From assembly GCA_043228905.1 (NCBI GenBank), contig JBHGNT010000022.1:7874001-7938000 (forward strand): a stretch of 64,000 nt of DNA, in the 5' to 3' direction. A program made the translations under genes and the position numbers. The notes under the pieces were generated by a model, which did no database searches, was not told where the DNA came from, and saw only the letters and a list, made by a program, of their open reading frames with translations. Positions 1 through 11,789 of this stretch are shown here, piece by piece (the stretch's first letter is position 1; every line of letters begins with the position of its first letter). The stretch comes from Azolla caroliniana (taxonomy: Eukaryota > Plantae > Polypodiophyta).

Positions 1-840
1 TCTATGTGTGGAGCATGGAAAGGTTAAGTTGTATGACTTAACAAATGGATGTAGCCAAATGCATATAACTATATGTTTTGGACGAATCCAGCGACAGCGA
101 CCGACGGAAGCAACCAACGGCGGCAATCGACGGTGTCCGACGGTATCCGACGACGACGGGATCCGGCATCCGACATCACTCGGCGACCGCGACCAACGGA
201 GTTGACGAGCCGACGACCGAACGGAGAAATGCCTTGTAAAAATACATTAATAATAAAAAACATGTGTATATTCAAAAGGAGTGCAAGTGAAGACTTTATG
301 CTTGCACCTCCACATTGAGAGTCTATAGACTTACCACCAGGCTATGTTATTTCTTTAGAAATGTTTTCCCTATCATTACAATTTACATGTAAATTCTCAT
401 ATTAGAGCTTAATTGAGTGAGATGTGATGCATGAGCGCCAAATGGCAAACATGCATCACATGCATTCCATGCATTGTATGCATGTCTTGTACGCTCACAT
501 GCATCATATGCATGGGTGCGTCTATAAAAGGATGGATGAAAAGGATGAAAGGTATGTTGTGTATTATTCATGAATTTAAGAAGAAGAAAAATTCGTTCTC
601 CAATTGATGGTGTATCTTGTTTCCTAAATCTAAAGCCAAGGGTCCAAACTTAATCTCTCTCTATCTCTCTCACGCCATATCAATCTCTCTCGACCCAAAG
701 TCGAGCGTTAAAATCTCTCTCTCTTTTACTCTATCTTAAATCCTTTCTCACTAAAGCTAGCGCCAACTTCGAGTCCTTCCGGTCCAAAACCCCAGCGGTT
801 CCGCCTCACGATCCGCGCGTAGTGATGGATCTTCACGACA
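1..840 (+). mobile_element. Right-hand part of an LTR of a Ty3/gypsy family related to element D, inserted into copia A
   Basis: Ends in ...cacgaCA at 840, exactly where copia A homology begins. The U5 motif gtccaaaacc..gcggttcc and the gcatcacatgca motifs match the reverse complement of the D LTRs. It also has a tRNA-like A box (334-344, minus). Confidence 0.6.
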
Positions 841-1028
841 ACACGCAAAAAAAAGGAAAGAAAAAGGTGTCGGATTAAGGCACGGATAGGAACGAGTCGG
901 ATTGACGCAAGTCCGACTCCGAGGGAAACGATGACGAGTCTTCGAGAGCGAAGTCCGTGTCGGCTAAGAAAGCCTCAACTTCGGCTAATGAGCAATTACG
1001 CAGATCAACCCGCTAGAAGAACCCTTTT

Positions 1029-2514
1029 GTGTGGTTCAGTTACAACGAGTACATGGCGCATCACTATGCGTACATGACGCGTGTAACGGAAGTGCGTGAG
1101 CCGGAGTGCCTTGCAGAAGCGGTGAAGGACTCGAATTGGCGTGCCGCAATGGAGGAAGAGATGTGCGCATTAGCGGAAAATGACACTTGGGACCTGGTTG
1201 ACACATCGAAGGGTGTGAAGCCGATCGAATGCAGGTGGGTGTACAAGGTCAAGTACAACACCGACGGATCGGTCAACCGATACAAGGCCCGGTTAGTAGC
1301 AAAAGGCTACGCGTAGAAACACGGCATTGACTACGATGAGACATTTGTGCCGGTCGCGAAGATGACGACCGCCCGTGTTTTGCTCGCAGTAGCTGCGGCA
1401 AAGGGGTGGCACTTACATAAGATGGATGTAAAGAATGCATTCCTACAAGGTGAGCTTGAGGAACAGGTATAGATGGCCCAACCCCCCGGATTTCACTCCG
1501 GAACGAACACTTCGGCGGTGTGCCGATGGAAGAAGTCCCTTTACGGCCTAAAGCAAGCCCCGCGTGCCTGGGCTTTGCGATGTCGAAATCGGACTCCTCA
1601 CTGTTCATCTGGAAAGGTCGACTCGGGACGGTTAGTATTCTACTTTATGCTGATGACTTGGTCATCACTGGCGCTGACCTAAATGAAATAAACCGCGTGA
1701 AGCTCTAGCTTGCAGCATCATTCGATATGAAGGATCTGGGGGATCTTCATTACTTCCTCGGGATCGAAGTGATCCGCACCCCCGAAGGCATATTGTTCAG
1801 GCAACGACATTACATGCTGAGTATGCTCTTCAAATTCGGGATGGCCGACTGTAAGACCGTCTTGACTCCTCTGGATAGAACTGTCAAGCTTCGCCCTGAT
1901 TCTGGAAAGGTATGCGACCCGATGAGGTTCCAGCAGATAGTCAGAAGCCTTATATACTTGACCATCAGTCGACCAGATCTCAGCTACCCGGTCAAGATGA
2001 TTAGTCAATTTATGTCGCGACCGACCGAGGAGCACCTTTAGTGCACACAACGCGTACTCAGGTACATTAGTGGCACTAAGGACCGGGGGCTACTATATCG
2101 GGCTGATACTGCCACCCAGTTGGTCAGTTTCACCGATGCTGATTGGGCCGGAAACGCTGGCAATCGTTGATCCATGTCTGATTTCGCGTTCTCTCTCAGG
2201 AGTGTCGCGATCGCGTGGATTAGCAAGAAGCAACCGACTGTTGCGCTATTGAGCACCGAAGGCGAGTATAGAGGAGCTGCAGTCGCGACATGCGAAGCCA
2301 TATGGTTGAAGCGGCTACTTTAGGACCTGCAAGTGGAGGTATCCAATCCAACGACAATCTACTATGACAACGTTAGCAACATCCAGCTAGCTAAGAACCC
2401 CGTCTTCCATGCTCGGACTACGCACATTTAGGTGCACTACCATTTCGTCCGTGAGCGTGTCCTCTCTAGTGAAGTCGAACTTCAGTATGTTGACGTGCTG
2501 AACTTGAGGGGGAG
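1029..2514 (+). pseudogene. Copia A reverse transcriptase / RNase H remnant
   Basis: ORF fragments 1029-1316, 1473-1708 and 1727-2041 carry copia RT/RH motifs. Multiple TAG/TGA stops and small deletions relative to element C (near 1570 and 2490). Confidence 0.9.
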
Positions 2515-2599
2515 AGACGTTCCGGAAGACGCAGACCACGACGTCGAGTCAGATGATGAATTCAATCTCGGACCGACTGAAGAAGCCGAGGGCGGACCC

Positions 2600-3213
2600 T
2601 GTTAGGAAACAGGTCACTCCTGATGGGAAGTGAGAAGAACAGTACTGATGAGCAAACTCGGCCGTCGGATGATGAGTACCCGGCAACGGAAGACCCGGTG
2701 AGAACCGGATGACGAGTGCCCGGAAAGATCCGGATGAGGCAAGCCCGGTGAGGAGCGCTCACCGGATGAAGGGACATATTCATAAATATGTCTTTGAGAG
2801 TCCTTTGGGGCTATATTTGTAAATAGCCAAAAAGTCATATTATTATAAATATGACTTAGGGCATAAGAGAAAGTAGTGGTCATTCTTGTTGGTGCAAGAA
2901 GAGACGCGTAACTATGTATAGAGAGAGAGCGAGAGAGGAAGAGGTTGTTGCCTCTGTTGTAACCGCCTCCTGTGGTGAAGATCATGAGCACGAGGTCGTT
3001 GCCTCCGTGAGCTCACTGTTGTAATCATTGTGATATAGTGATAGTTTGAAGTGTGTGGGCTGCCGTGGTTTTTCCCTAGATTGGGTTTTTTCCACGTTAA
3101 CATCCTGTGTACTCTTCTCTCCATTGTGTCGTGCTTTCATTCCCGTTTTCTGCGTTTGATTCTAGGCTCGGTTGTGGCCGAGCGTTGTTCATCGGAGCGA
3201 GTAGTTCCTGACA
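2600..3213 (+). repeat. 5' LTR of element B (614 bp)
   Basis: TGTTAGG...CCTGACA, followed by the PBS. Confidence 0.95.
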
Positions 3214-3216
3214 AAG

Positions 3217-3228
3217 TGGTATCAGAGC
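3217..3228 (+). promoter_or_regulatory. Primer-binding site complementary to initiator tRNA-Met
   Basis: TGGTATCAGAGC 3 nt after the LTR end; canonical plant copia PBS. Confidence 0.9.
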
Positions 3229-3241
3229 GAAACGACAGAAA

Positions 3242-6200
3242 ATGGACGAATCGTTGGGCGGCATGTTCAAGCTCACCGGCTCCAACTATTCAGTGTGGAA
3301 GTCGAAGATGAGGGACATGCTCGTGGTTAAAGATCTTTGGTTGCCGGTTCAGTTTGGGGACAAGAGATCAGACAAAATCGATGCCGCAATATGGGAGGTG
3401 ATGCATATAAAGACAACGGCATACATACGGTGCTTCATCGACATGAACCTATACAACAACTTCAATGAAGAGAGCAAGGCTCATGAGCTCTGGGAGAAGA
3501 TCAACATTATGTTTTAGAACAAAAATGTTGTTAATCAGGTTTCGGTATTCCGGAAGCTAGTAACACTCCGGTACCAAGATGGCTCCAGCATGGTGGAGCA
3601 CATGAATGCCTTCCAAGGGGCTGATCCACTAGGAAACATCATTGGAAGTACCTCTCGCCGATGAGGTACTAGCACTACTCCTGCTCGGTTCCCTCCCAGA
3701 TAGCTGGGAGACGTTGGTTGTCACCTTGGGCAACGCCGGGCCGGAAGGGAAACAGTTATCCCTAGTGAGAGGGAAATCGAGCTTGCTAGATGTAGAGGTG
3801 CGTCGGAAAGATAAGGATACGAGCTCCGACTCCAAAGCGCTCCTTACCGAATCGGAACGCGGAAGACAAAGGAACCGTAGCCCCCAGAACCAGGAAAAGT
3901 CGGGGACACGGTCAAAGTCAAGGGGGAGGCCTACTTGCTTCTATTGCGGCAAGCCGGGACACTTCCAGAAAAACTGTCGGCACATTGGAAAAGACAAGGA
4001 ATCCGACGGCACCGATTCGAATCTGACTCCGGACCGGAACGACAAAGACCGGAGGGGGCCGGACCGGAAGGGAACGACGGCAATCGCGGCAATTGAAGAA
4101 GAGTTAATGCTCATCACTGAGGAGAGTGAGCTAAACCTTGCCGACGACGAGATGACCTGGGTGGTCGACTCCGGAGCATCGTTCCACCTTACCCCGGATC
4201 GGAAATGCTTCTCATCCTACACAGTCGGTGATCACGATTGTGTCCGGATGGGGAATGAAGGTACATGCTGAATTGTCGGCATAGGAGACGTGTGGTTGAC
4301 AACACCAACCGGATGCAAGCTGTTGCTGAAGGATGTCCGACACGTTCCAGAGGTTTGTCTGAACCTGATATCAGCCAGTCGGCTAGATGATGAAGGCTAC
4401 ACGGGTAGCATCCGGAACATTGTCATGAAGTTCAGCAAAGGGAGCCTGATTGTGGCTCGGGCCCGGAAGCTAAACACGATGTACCTGATGAATGCTCGGC
4501 TATCCTCGGAGGAAGTGAACGTGGTATCCGACACTACCGGTGAGCTATGGCACAAGAGGCTGTGTCACATGAGCGAGAAGGGGATGAAGAGGCTTGCAGA
4601 AGACAACCTCATTCCAGTGAAGAACGTGCACTTGGAGAAGTGCATTGATTGTCTAGCCGGTAAGCAAAATTGGACCTCCTTCCGACCAAGGACACCGATG
4701 AGACGTAATGCACCACTGGAGTTGGTGCATACTGATGTATGTCAAGTGGACACGAAGTCACATGCCGGATCGCAGTACTTCGTGACGTTCATAGATGACC
4801 ACAGCCAGAAGCTGTGGGCCACACCGTTGAAGACGAAGGATCAGGTGCTATCCGTCTTCAAAGAGCTCCACGCGAGAGTGGAAAGAGAGACCGGCTGGAA
4901 GCTGAAGGTGGTTCGAGCAGATAACGGAGGTGAATACCGGGGGCAGTTTGAGGAGTACTGTCGCTCGAAGGGAATTTGGCTCGAATTTACTGTGCCGAAG
5001 ACGCCAGAACTAAACGGACTGGTCGAGAGGATGAACCGGACCATAATGGAGAGGCTCCGGAGTATGCTGGCGCATGCAAAACTACCGAAGAAGTTTTGGG
5101 CTGAGGCACTGTCGACGACGACATATGTGATAAACAGATCACCCTTAGTGCCCTTGGACGGAGACACGCCGCAGAGAGTATGGACCGGTAAGGAAGTGTC
5201 CTACCTGCATCTGAAGGTGTTCGGGTGTCTCGCGTACGTGCATGTAGCTAAGGACCGGAGAGGAAAGTTAGATCCAAAGACTCGGCCATGCATATTCCTC
5301 GGTTACGGCGACGATGAGTTCGGCTACCGAGTGTGGGACCTGGTCGACAAGAAGGTATTCCGGAGTTGAGATAATATCTTCATGGAGGACAAGACGCTCG
5401 CCGACTGGGAGTCGGAGAAGACGATAATGAACTCCGAGTCGACCGGTAAGGATCGATTCTACGATGAGCAGACCCAACTAGCAAGAGACCGATTAGCACT
5501 CAAGGAAGCAACCGGTTACAGTGAGGATACCGAACCGGCAGAAGAAGAAGTAGAGGAAGCTGAAACCGGAACCGGCCAAGACCCCGAATCGGATTCGGAT
5601 GAAGAGCAAATGGAGGAGCCGGTTACCGAAGCCCAAAGACGGAGATATCCTCTCAAAGTGAGAAGGCCCCTCCGAAGATTTCCGGATTCAGAGCATGTGC
5701 TGCTGACCGATGAGGGAGAGCCAGAAAGCTTCGAAGAAGCGAAGGAAGACACCCACAGCCGCAAATGGTTAAGTGCCATGCAGGATGAGATGGATTCCCT
5801 GCATGAGAACCATACGTACGAATTGGTGGAGTTGCCGAAAGGAATGCGGGCATGCCGAAACAAGTGGGTGTACAAGTTGAAACTGGGAGATGCCGGCAAT
5901 CCCCCTAGATACAAAGCCAGGATCATGGTGAAGGGGTTCCAGCAGAAGAAGGGCGTGGACTTTGACGAGATATTTGCCCCGGTAGTAAAGATGACCTCCA
6001 TCCGGACGGTGCTGAGTATAGCAGCAAGCATGGACCTCGAGGTAGAGCAGTTGGACGTGAAGAGGACATTCCTTCACGGTGACCTCGAAGAGGAGATCTA
6101 CATGCAGCAATTGGAAGGATTCGTGGAGAAAGGGAAGGAGCACCTGGTTTGCCGGTTGAAGAAGAGCCTATATGGACTGAAGCAGGCTCCCCGACAATGG

Positions 6201-7289
6201 TACCGGAAGTTCAACTCCTTCATGACCGATCAAGGGTACCACAAGACGCAGGCCGATCACTGCGTGTTTGTGAAGAAGTTCGAAGGAGGCGACTTCCTGA
6301 TACTCCTTCTGTACGTGGACGACATGTTGATCGTCAGACATGACCAAGCCAAAATATGGATGCTAAAGAAGGCTCTCAACCGGACCTTCTCAATGAAAGA
6401 GTTGAGTCCGGCAAGACAGATGCTGGGGATGCATATTATCCGGGACCGGTCAATGAAGCAATTGTGGTTGTCACAGGAGAAGTACGTGACAAAGGTGCTT
6501 CAGCGGTTCAACATGTCAGATGCAAAACCGGTCGGATCGACACTCCTGACAAACTGCAGGTTATCTGGTAAGCAAAGCCCGAAGACGAAAGTAGAGAAGG
6601 CGGATATGATGAAGGTTCCATATGCCTCTGTTGTCGGGAGCTTAATGTACGCAATGGTGTGTACCCGACCGGATATAGGATACGTAGTTGGAGTGGTGAG
6701 CCGGTTCATGAGCAATCCCGGCAAGGAGCACTGGAACGCGGTCAAATGGATACTCCGGTACTTGAAGGGCACTTCGAATATGTGTCTCTGATTCGGCTCC
6801 GGAAAACCTCAACTTGACGGTTTTACCGATTCAGACATGTCGGCTGATGTGGATACCAGCCGGTCTACATCCGGGTATGTAATGACATATGTCGGGGGAG
6901 TTGTTTCGTGGTAGTCGAGGCTGCAGAAGACGGTTGCGTTGTCAACCACGGAGGCGGAGTACATGGCGGTTGTGGAAGCCGGCAAGGAAATATTATGGAA
7001 GAAGGACTTCATCGGAGAGCTCCGTATCCGGCAAGATGAATACCGGCTCTATTGCGACAGTCAATGTGCCATCCACCTTGCTAAGAATGCGGCCTACCAT
7101 TTCCGGACGAAGCATATCAAGCGAAGGTATCACTGGATCCAGGATAGAGTAGATGACCAGGAGTTCGCGCTAACGAAGATCGACACAGCTGAGAACGGGT
7201 CATATATGCTGACCAAAGTACTGATACCTGACAAGTTGGATGCATGTTGGAAGCGGATCGGACTAGTAAGACATCCCATGCCGGAGTGA
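3242..7289 (+). pseudogene. Element B gag-pol polyprotein, disrupted
   Basis: Zn knuckle CFYCGKPGHFQKNC, protease WVVDSGAS, integrase HHCC and D,D35E region (LVHTDV, VRADNGGEY, LVERMNRT), RT LLYVDDML. Stops at 3515, 4269, 5367, 6789 and 6912, and a frameshift near 3620. Confidence 0.92.
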
Positions 7290-7299
7290 AGGGGGAGTT

Positions 7300-8039
7300 T
7301 GTTAGGAAAGAGGTCCCTCGGGATGGGAAGTGAGAAGAACAGTACTGATGAGCAAACTCGGATGGGAAACCGGATGATGAGTAACCGGCAACGGAAGACC
7401 CGGTGAGAACCGGATGATGAGTACCAGGCAACGGAAGACCCGGTGAGAACCGGATGACGAGTACCCGACAACGGAAGACCCAGTGAGAACCGGATGACGA
7501 GTTCCCGGCAACAGAAGACCCGGTGAGAACCGGATGACGAGTGCCCGGCAAGATCTGGATGATGCAGGCCCGGTGAGGAGCGCTCACCGGATGAAGGGAC
7601 ATATTCGTAAATATGTCTCTGAGAGTCCTTTGGGGCTATATTTGTAAATAGCCGAAAAGTCATATTAGTATAAATATGACTTAGGCAATAAGAGAGAGTA
7701 GTGGTCATTCTTGTTGGTGCAAGAAGAGATGCGTAACTATATACAGAGAGAGAGCGAGAGAGGAAGAGGTTGTTGCCTTTGTTGTAACTGCCGCCTGTGG
7801 CGAAGATCGTGAGCACCGAGGTTGTTGCCTCCGTGAGCTCACTGTTGTAATCATTGTGATATAGTGATAGTTTGCAGTTTGTGGGCTGCCGTGGTTTTTC
7901 CCTAGTTTGGGTTTTTTCCACGTTAACATCCTGTGTACTCTTCTCTCCATTGTGTTGTGATTTCATTCCCGTTTTCTGCGTTTGATTCTAGGCTCGGTTG
8001 TGGCCGAGCGTTGTTCATCGGAGCGAGTAGTTCCTGATA
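7300..8039 (+). repeat. 3' LTR of element B (740 bp)
   Basis: Follows the PPT; ends ...cctgaTA (CA to TA) before the TSD GACCC. Confidence 0.95.
7371..7550 (+). repeat. 40-bp tandem repeat (4 full copies plus a partial) in U3 of the B 3' LTR
   Basis: Unit cggatgatgagtacccggcaacggaagacccggtgagaac starts at 7371, 7411, 7451 and 7491. The 5' LTR has only one full copy. Confidence 0.95.
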
Positions 8040-8431
8040 GACCCATGGAAGATTCTGAATGTAGACATAAGGGGGGCAGTCGAAAAAAAGAGCCGAAGCC
8101 AACCAAGGGCGAGAAGACCGAGGACGAGTTGGAGACAACCAACTCGGACGAGAGCGAAAACCGATCGGAGGAAGCCGAGTCAGTTCGGATCTTTGATTCA
8201 GATACACTGAATCAACCAAGGGCCAAGTGGAAGAGAAGGCAGTAGAAGAGGCGCCAACACCACAAAAGCAAGGAAGCTGAGATGGGCCGTGTGAGCAGAC
8301 AAGCCGACCGAAAGGGTCGAGGTGCGCGGAATCGAACAGGTCGAGGAGCGCGCGCGAGGCGTGAAGCCAGGAGGAACTGGAGAGCAGATCTGGAAGAGCA
8401 GATGGAACCTCAAGTTGAGCTTGAGGGGGAG

Positions 8432-8874
8432 TGTTGAGATACAAGCTCAACATTGGCCAGATCGGCTGTGCAAGCCGAGAACCAGATCCGTTGGGGCCGA
8501 TCAGTTAGGCCGGACCGATGCGTAAAACGGGTGCGTAAACCAGTACGCAAACTGGTGCGTAACGAGAAGCCGTAGCGGTGTGTAAACCACGAGGCTGTTG
8601 GAAATATATTCTGCGTAGGAATATATTTTGGTAATTAGCGTAGAGCTCAGTTATGAGCATTGAAGTACGTGTCACTACTTCTGTCAATTCGTATGGACTT
8701 GTATAAAAGTGCTCACTGAGCACATCCTTTGTACAGATCGAGTAATATTTTGAATTAAGTTCTCTGTGTTCTCTCTTGGTCTCTCCTGCGTATTGTGTAT
8801 ACCCTAAGCTCTCCATTAAACCTGCGTATTCTCTGTGTTCAGTTTTCTATTGCTTCCGCACATAATCTTTTACA
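8432..8874 (+). repeat. 3' LTR of copia A
   Basis: TGTTGAG...TTTTACA; homologous to the C LTRs; TATA-like tataaaag near 8702. Confidence 0.9.
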
Positions 8875-9546
8875 AACATGAACACATCTCTTTCAAGAGA
8901 CTAAACCTTCGAGCAACCAGATGATCTTTCAAATTGAGGAAATTGGCTCCTCCGAAATGTTTCGGGGTACATATATGAAGCCATGAACCCCAACGGATAC
9001 CAATGTTGGACTCTTTCTTCCATAACGTATACCTAAGAGCACTAGCCAAGTGATCAAGTGATTTCTTTGAGACGAGTAGCAAACGACCAAGCTTGGGACT
9101 TCCAATATATAAATTTATCTGCTATGGTCCTAGAAATCCAAGTTAGGCTTTGATTTGGTGAAATATCCACACCAATCGGGTAGCCCAAATGCCGACAAAT
9201 CTTCCCTTTATCTAATATTCTGCCACTCCAACCAAGATTAACCAAATGAAGTAGGAGAAGCAACTTTAGGTATAAGTTTGATGAGCCCAATCTTCCAGGA
9301 ATTAAGCATCTTACCAGAACTCCACACTTCTTGAAAGATTGTCATAAGGGGGCGTTTAAGATGTTGAACAAATGATTTAAAAAACTCATTCGTAATTCCA
9401 TCTCAACCTGGACTTTTATCATTCGCAAGATGTGATAAGACATACTCCACCTCTTCTTCTCTGTCCTCTTCTATACTCATCACAACCTGTTGGCTAACAT
9501 TTCCCTTGATGGATTGAAAAAACATTGCTCCTGCTTCTTTCATATC
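8875..9546 (-). pseudogene. L1/Tx1-type LINE ORF2, downstream fragment (RT N-terminal region joined to post-RT region)
   Basis: Minus-strand translation LSHLANDKSPG*DGITNEFFK...WKIGLIKLIPK, then RHLGYPIG and W..ICTPKHFGGANF. Continues the ORF2 cut at 23127 by element C. Confidence 0.8.
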
Positions 9547-9945
9547 TGTTGAGAGACAAGCTCAACATCGGCCGGATCGGCTGAAGAAGCCGAGGACCGG
9601 ATCGGTTGGGACCGATCGGTTAGGCCGAGTGCATAAACCAGGAGGCCGTTAGGAAAGATATTCCGTGAGGAATATATTTGGGAGTTAGTGTAGGAGCTCT
9701 TAAAGAGCATTGAAGTACGGTCAGTACTTCGGTCAGTGCTTCGAGGACTTGTATAAAAGTGTTCATGGAACACACATATGTATAGAGTGTGGTGAATAGA
9801 GATTTTAATATAGTTCTTGTGTTTTCTCTCTCTCACTCTCTCTGTCTCTCCCGTGTATACTGCGTAAGCTCAAGCTCTCCATTAAACCTAAGTGTTCTTC
9901 CTTCTGTTTTGTCTTCATACTTGCTTCCGCACGCTACTTTCTACA
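9547..9945 (+). repeat. 5' LTR of element C
   Basis: TGTTGAG...TTCTACA directly followed by tggtatcagagc; 14 bp longer than the 3' LTR because of a short tandem duplication. Confidence 0.95.
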
Positions 9946-10313
9946 TGGTATCAGAGCGCGAGGGTTGAGAACCTCTCTGCAGCCGACACAGCTTGACGAA
10001 GAAGAACAAAAAGAACGCTGGATAGGGGCATGGCGAGCTCGCTTCCAACAGAGAAGCTCGACAGAACCAACTACGCGTCTTGGTCTTACAAGATGCACTA
10101 GTACCTGCTCGGGCACGGCTACTAGAGTTATGTCGAAGGAGCTAATGACGCGGCACCCGAATCAACACACAAAGACTTCCCGTCGTGGGAGCAATCGGCG
10201 AGCAGGGTATTATACTGCTTCGCGTCATGTGTGGGCGAACAACTATTGAGCTATGTTCGGGATGCAAAGACGCCGAAGGGTGCGTGGGAAAATCTGAAGA
10301 AGATTTTTGCCGC

Positions 10314-11006
10314 TGTCGCGCCTTTCGGCTCTGGATCATTGCGTGAGTCGGGTGGGAACCGCCGAGGTTTTGGACTAGGAGGAAGAGGAATACCACTTAA
10401 GGCTAGTTATGAATAGTAGAAAGAGAAGTAAGATAGCAATCTCGTGAATCCCACGAGTTAAGTGTATTTAAAACAATATTTAGATTATAAGAGTAATTTA
10501 GATGGCAAAATTCGTGAATCCCACGAATATATTAGATTGATCAATCCTTGTATATTAATCAACAACCTTATACATATTTCTCTCCTCCTTATATAAAGAT
10601 GGAAGAGGCTAAGCATGGCTTCATGCTTTTTCACCAAAAGTGTCCATGCACACTAAATGTGCATGTGATGCTTTGTCATTTCCTAAGTATAGGGCTCATG
10701 CACTCTAGATGTGCATGAGTCACTTTTAATGTCACGTGTAAATAAAATATTCACACCCTAAAGAATACGTGATTTTTACCTTTTAATAAAGGTAAAATCT
10801 TATACGTGTTAAATCTATATGTATAACACTAAAGATAAGTTATTACAATGGTAAAGTTGAAGTTTATCTATGTGGAGGTGCAGGGTTCGAATCTTGCCCT
10901 ATGCACGTGATAAATATTTTGATATATTATTTATTTATTTATATGTATCTAAAATCGGATATATTATTTTATGGTTTTCACGTAGTGTGTGGAATACACT
11001 ACGACA
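10314..11006 (-). repeat. LTR-a of element D (divergent body, U3 tip like LTR-b)
   Basis: TGTCGCG...ACGACA on the plus strand; the last ~105 bp match LTR-b and the remainder is clearly diverged. Confidence 0.92.
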
Positions 11007-11012
11007 CTACTG

Positions 11013-11789
11013 TGTCGCGCCTTTCGGCTCTGAATCGTTGCGTGAGTCGGGTGGGAACCACTAAGGTTTTGGACTAGGAGAAAGAAGAATATGAGATGAG
11101 GCTAGTAATGAATAGATTATTAGAAAGAGAGATAGAAATTTCGTGAATCCCACGAGTGTATTGTATTTGATTAATCAATATTTAGATAAGAATATGTATT
11201 TAGATTGAAAGAAAGATATAAGAAACTTGTAAATCCCACAAGTATAGATTATATTATTTTCGTGAATCCCACGATTATATGAATCGGTTGGTGTTTTCGG
11301 AAATATATCCAATTTCCAAATATTTCACACACCTTTTACATTGTGCTCCTCATCCTTATATAGAGATGAGAGAGTCTTTTCCAACCCATGCGTTTTCTCT
11401 AACTATAGACTCCATGCTTTTTGTATAGATAGACTATATGCTTTATCTAAAGTGATCATGCTTTTTCTAACTTGTGCGTTTTTTATCAACTATAGCGTTC
11501 ATGCACGCTAGATGTGCATGCGTAGCTTTTTCTTTTAGCATGCGTTTTCTTTTAACTAAAGTTTATCCTAGGTGAACTAAGCTTTCTATGTGGAACATCT
11601 ATTTTTGAACACTAATGAAATGCTAGTGTAATGGTAAGACATTACATTATTAACATGGAGGTGCAAGGTTTGAATCCTACCCTATGCACGCGATAAATAT
11701 TTTGATATATTATTTATTTATTTATATGTATCTAAAATCGGATATATTATTTTATGGTTTTCACGTAGTGTGTGGAATACACTACGACA
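11013..11789 (-). repeat. LTR-b (3' LTR) of element D
   Basis: Adjacent to the PPT (minus-strand ggagggggcgag); body nearly identical to LTR-c. Confidence 0.95.
11624..11677 (+). promoter_or_regulatory. tRNA-like Pol III A box / B box module inside the D LTR (also 10841-10894 and 18056-18109)
   Basis: A box TAGTGTAATGG and B box GGTTTGAATCC (GGTTCGAATCT in LTR-a), starts 43 nt apart, with a T-arm-like stem GCAAG/CTTGC in LTR-c. Confidence 0.6.

Larger units (their letters stand above)
2600..8039 (+). mobile_element. Full-length Ty1/copia element B, Tnt1-like (Tork lineage)
   Basis: LTRs 2600-3213 and 7300-8039. 5-bp TSD GACCC (2595-2599 and 8040-8044). PBS tggtatcagagc 3217-3228; PPT gaagggggag 7288-7297. 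Order gag-PR-IN-RT-RH, with RT very close to the Tnt1 type (GVDFDEIFAPVVKMTSIRTVLSIAAS). Confidence 0.95.
841..8874 (+). mobile_element. Ty1/copia element A (3' half: IN-RT linker, RT, RNase H, extension, PPT, 3' LTR), decayed and interrupted by element B
   Basis: Colinear with element C from about 20395 onward. RT motifs [19 protein letters not shown] and LLYADDL. PPT cttgagggggag at 8420-8431 and LTR TG...CA at 8432-8874. Confidence 0.9.

Noticed and set aside
9540-9836. Repeated ORF MRERKHKNY... (also 22757-23017) and ORFs 2614-2991 / 7130-7966
   Set aside because: They are antisense readings of LTRs, repeated only because the LTRs are repeated; no domain motifs.
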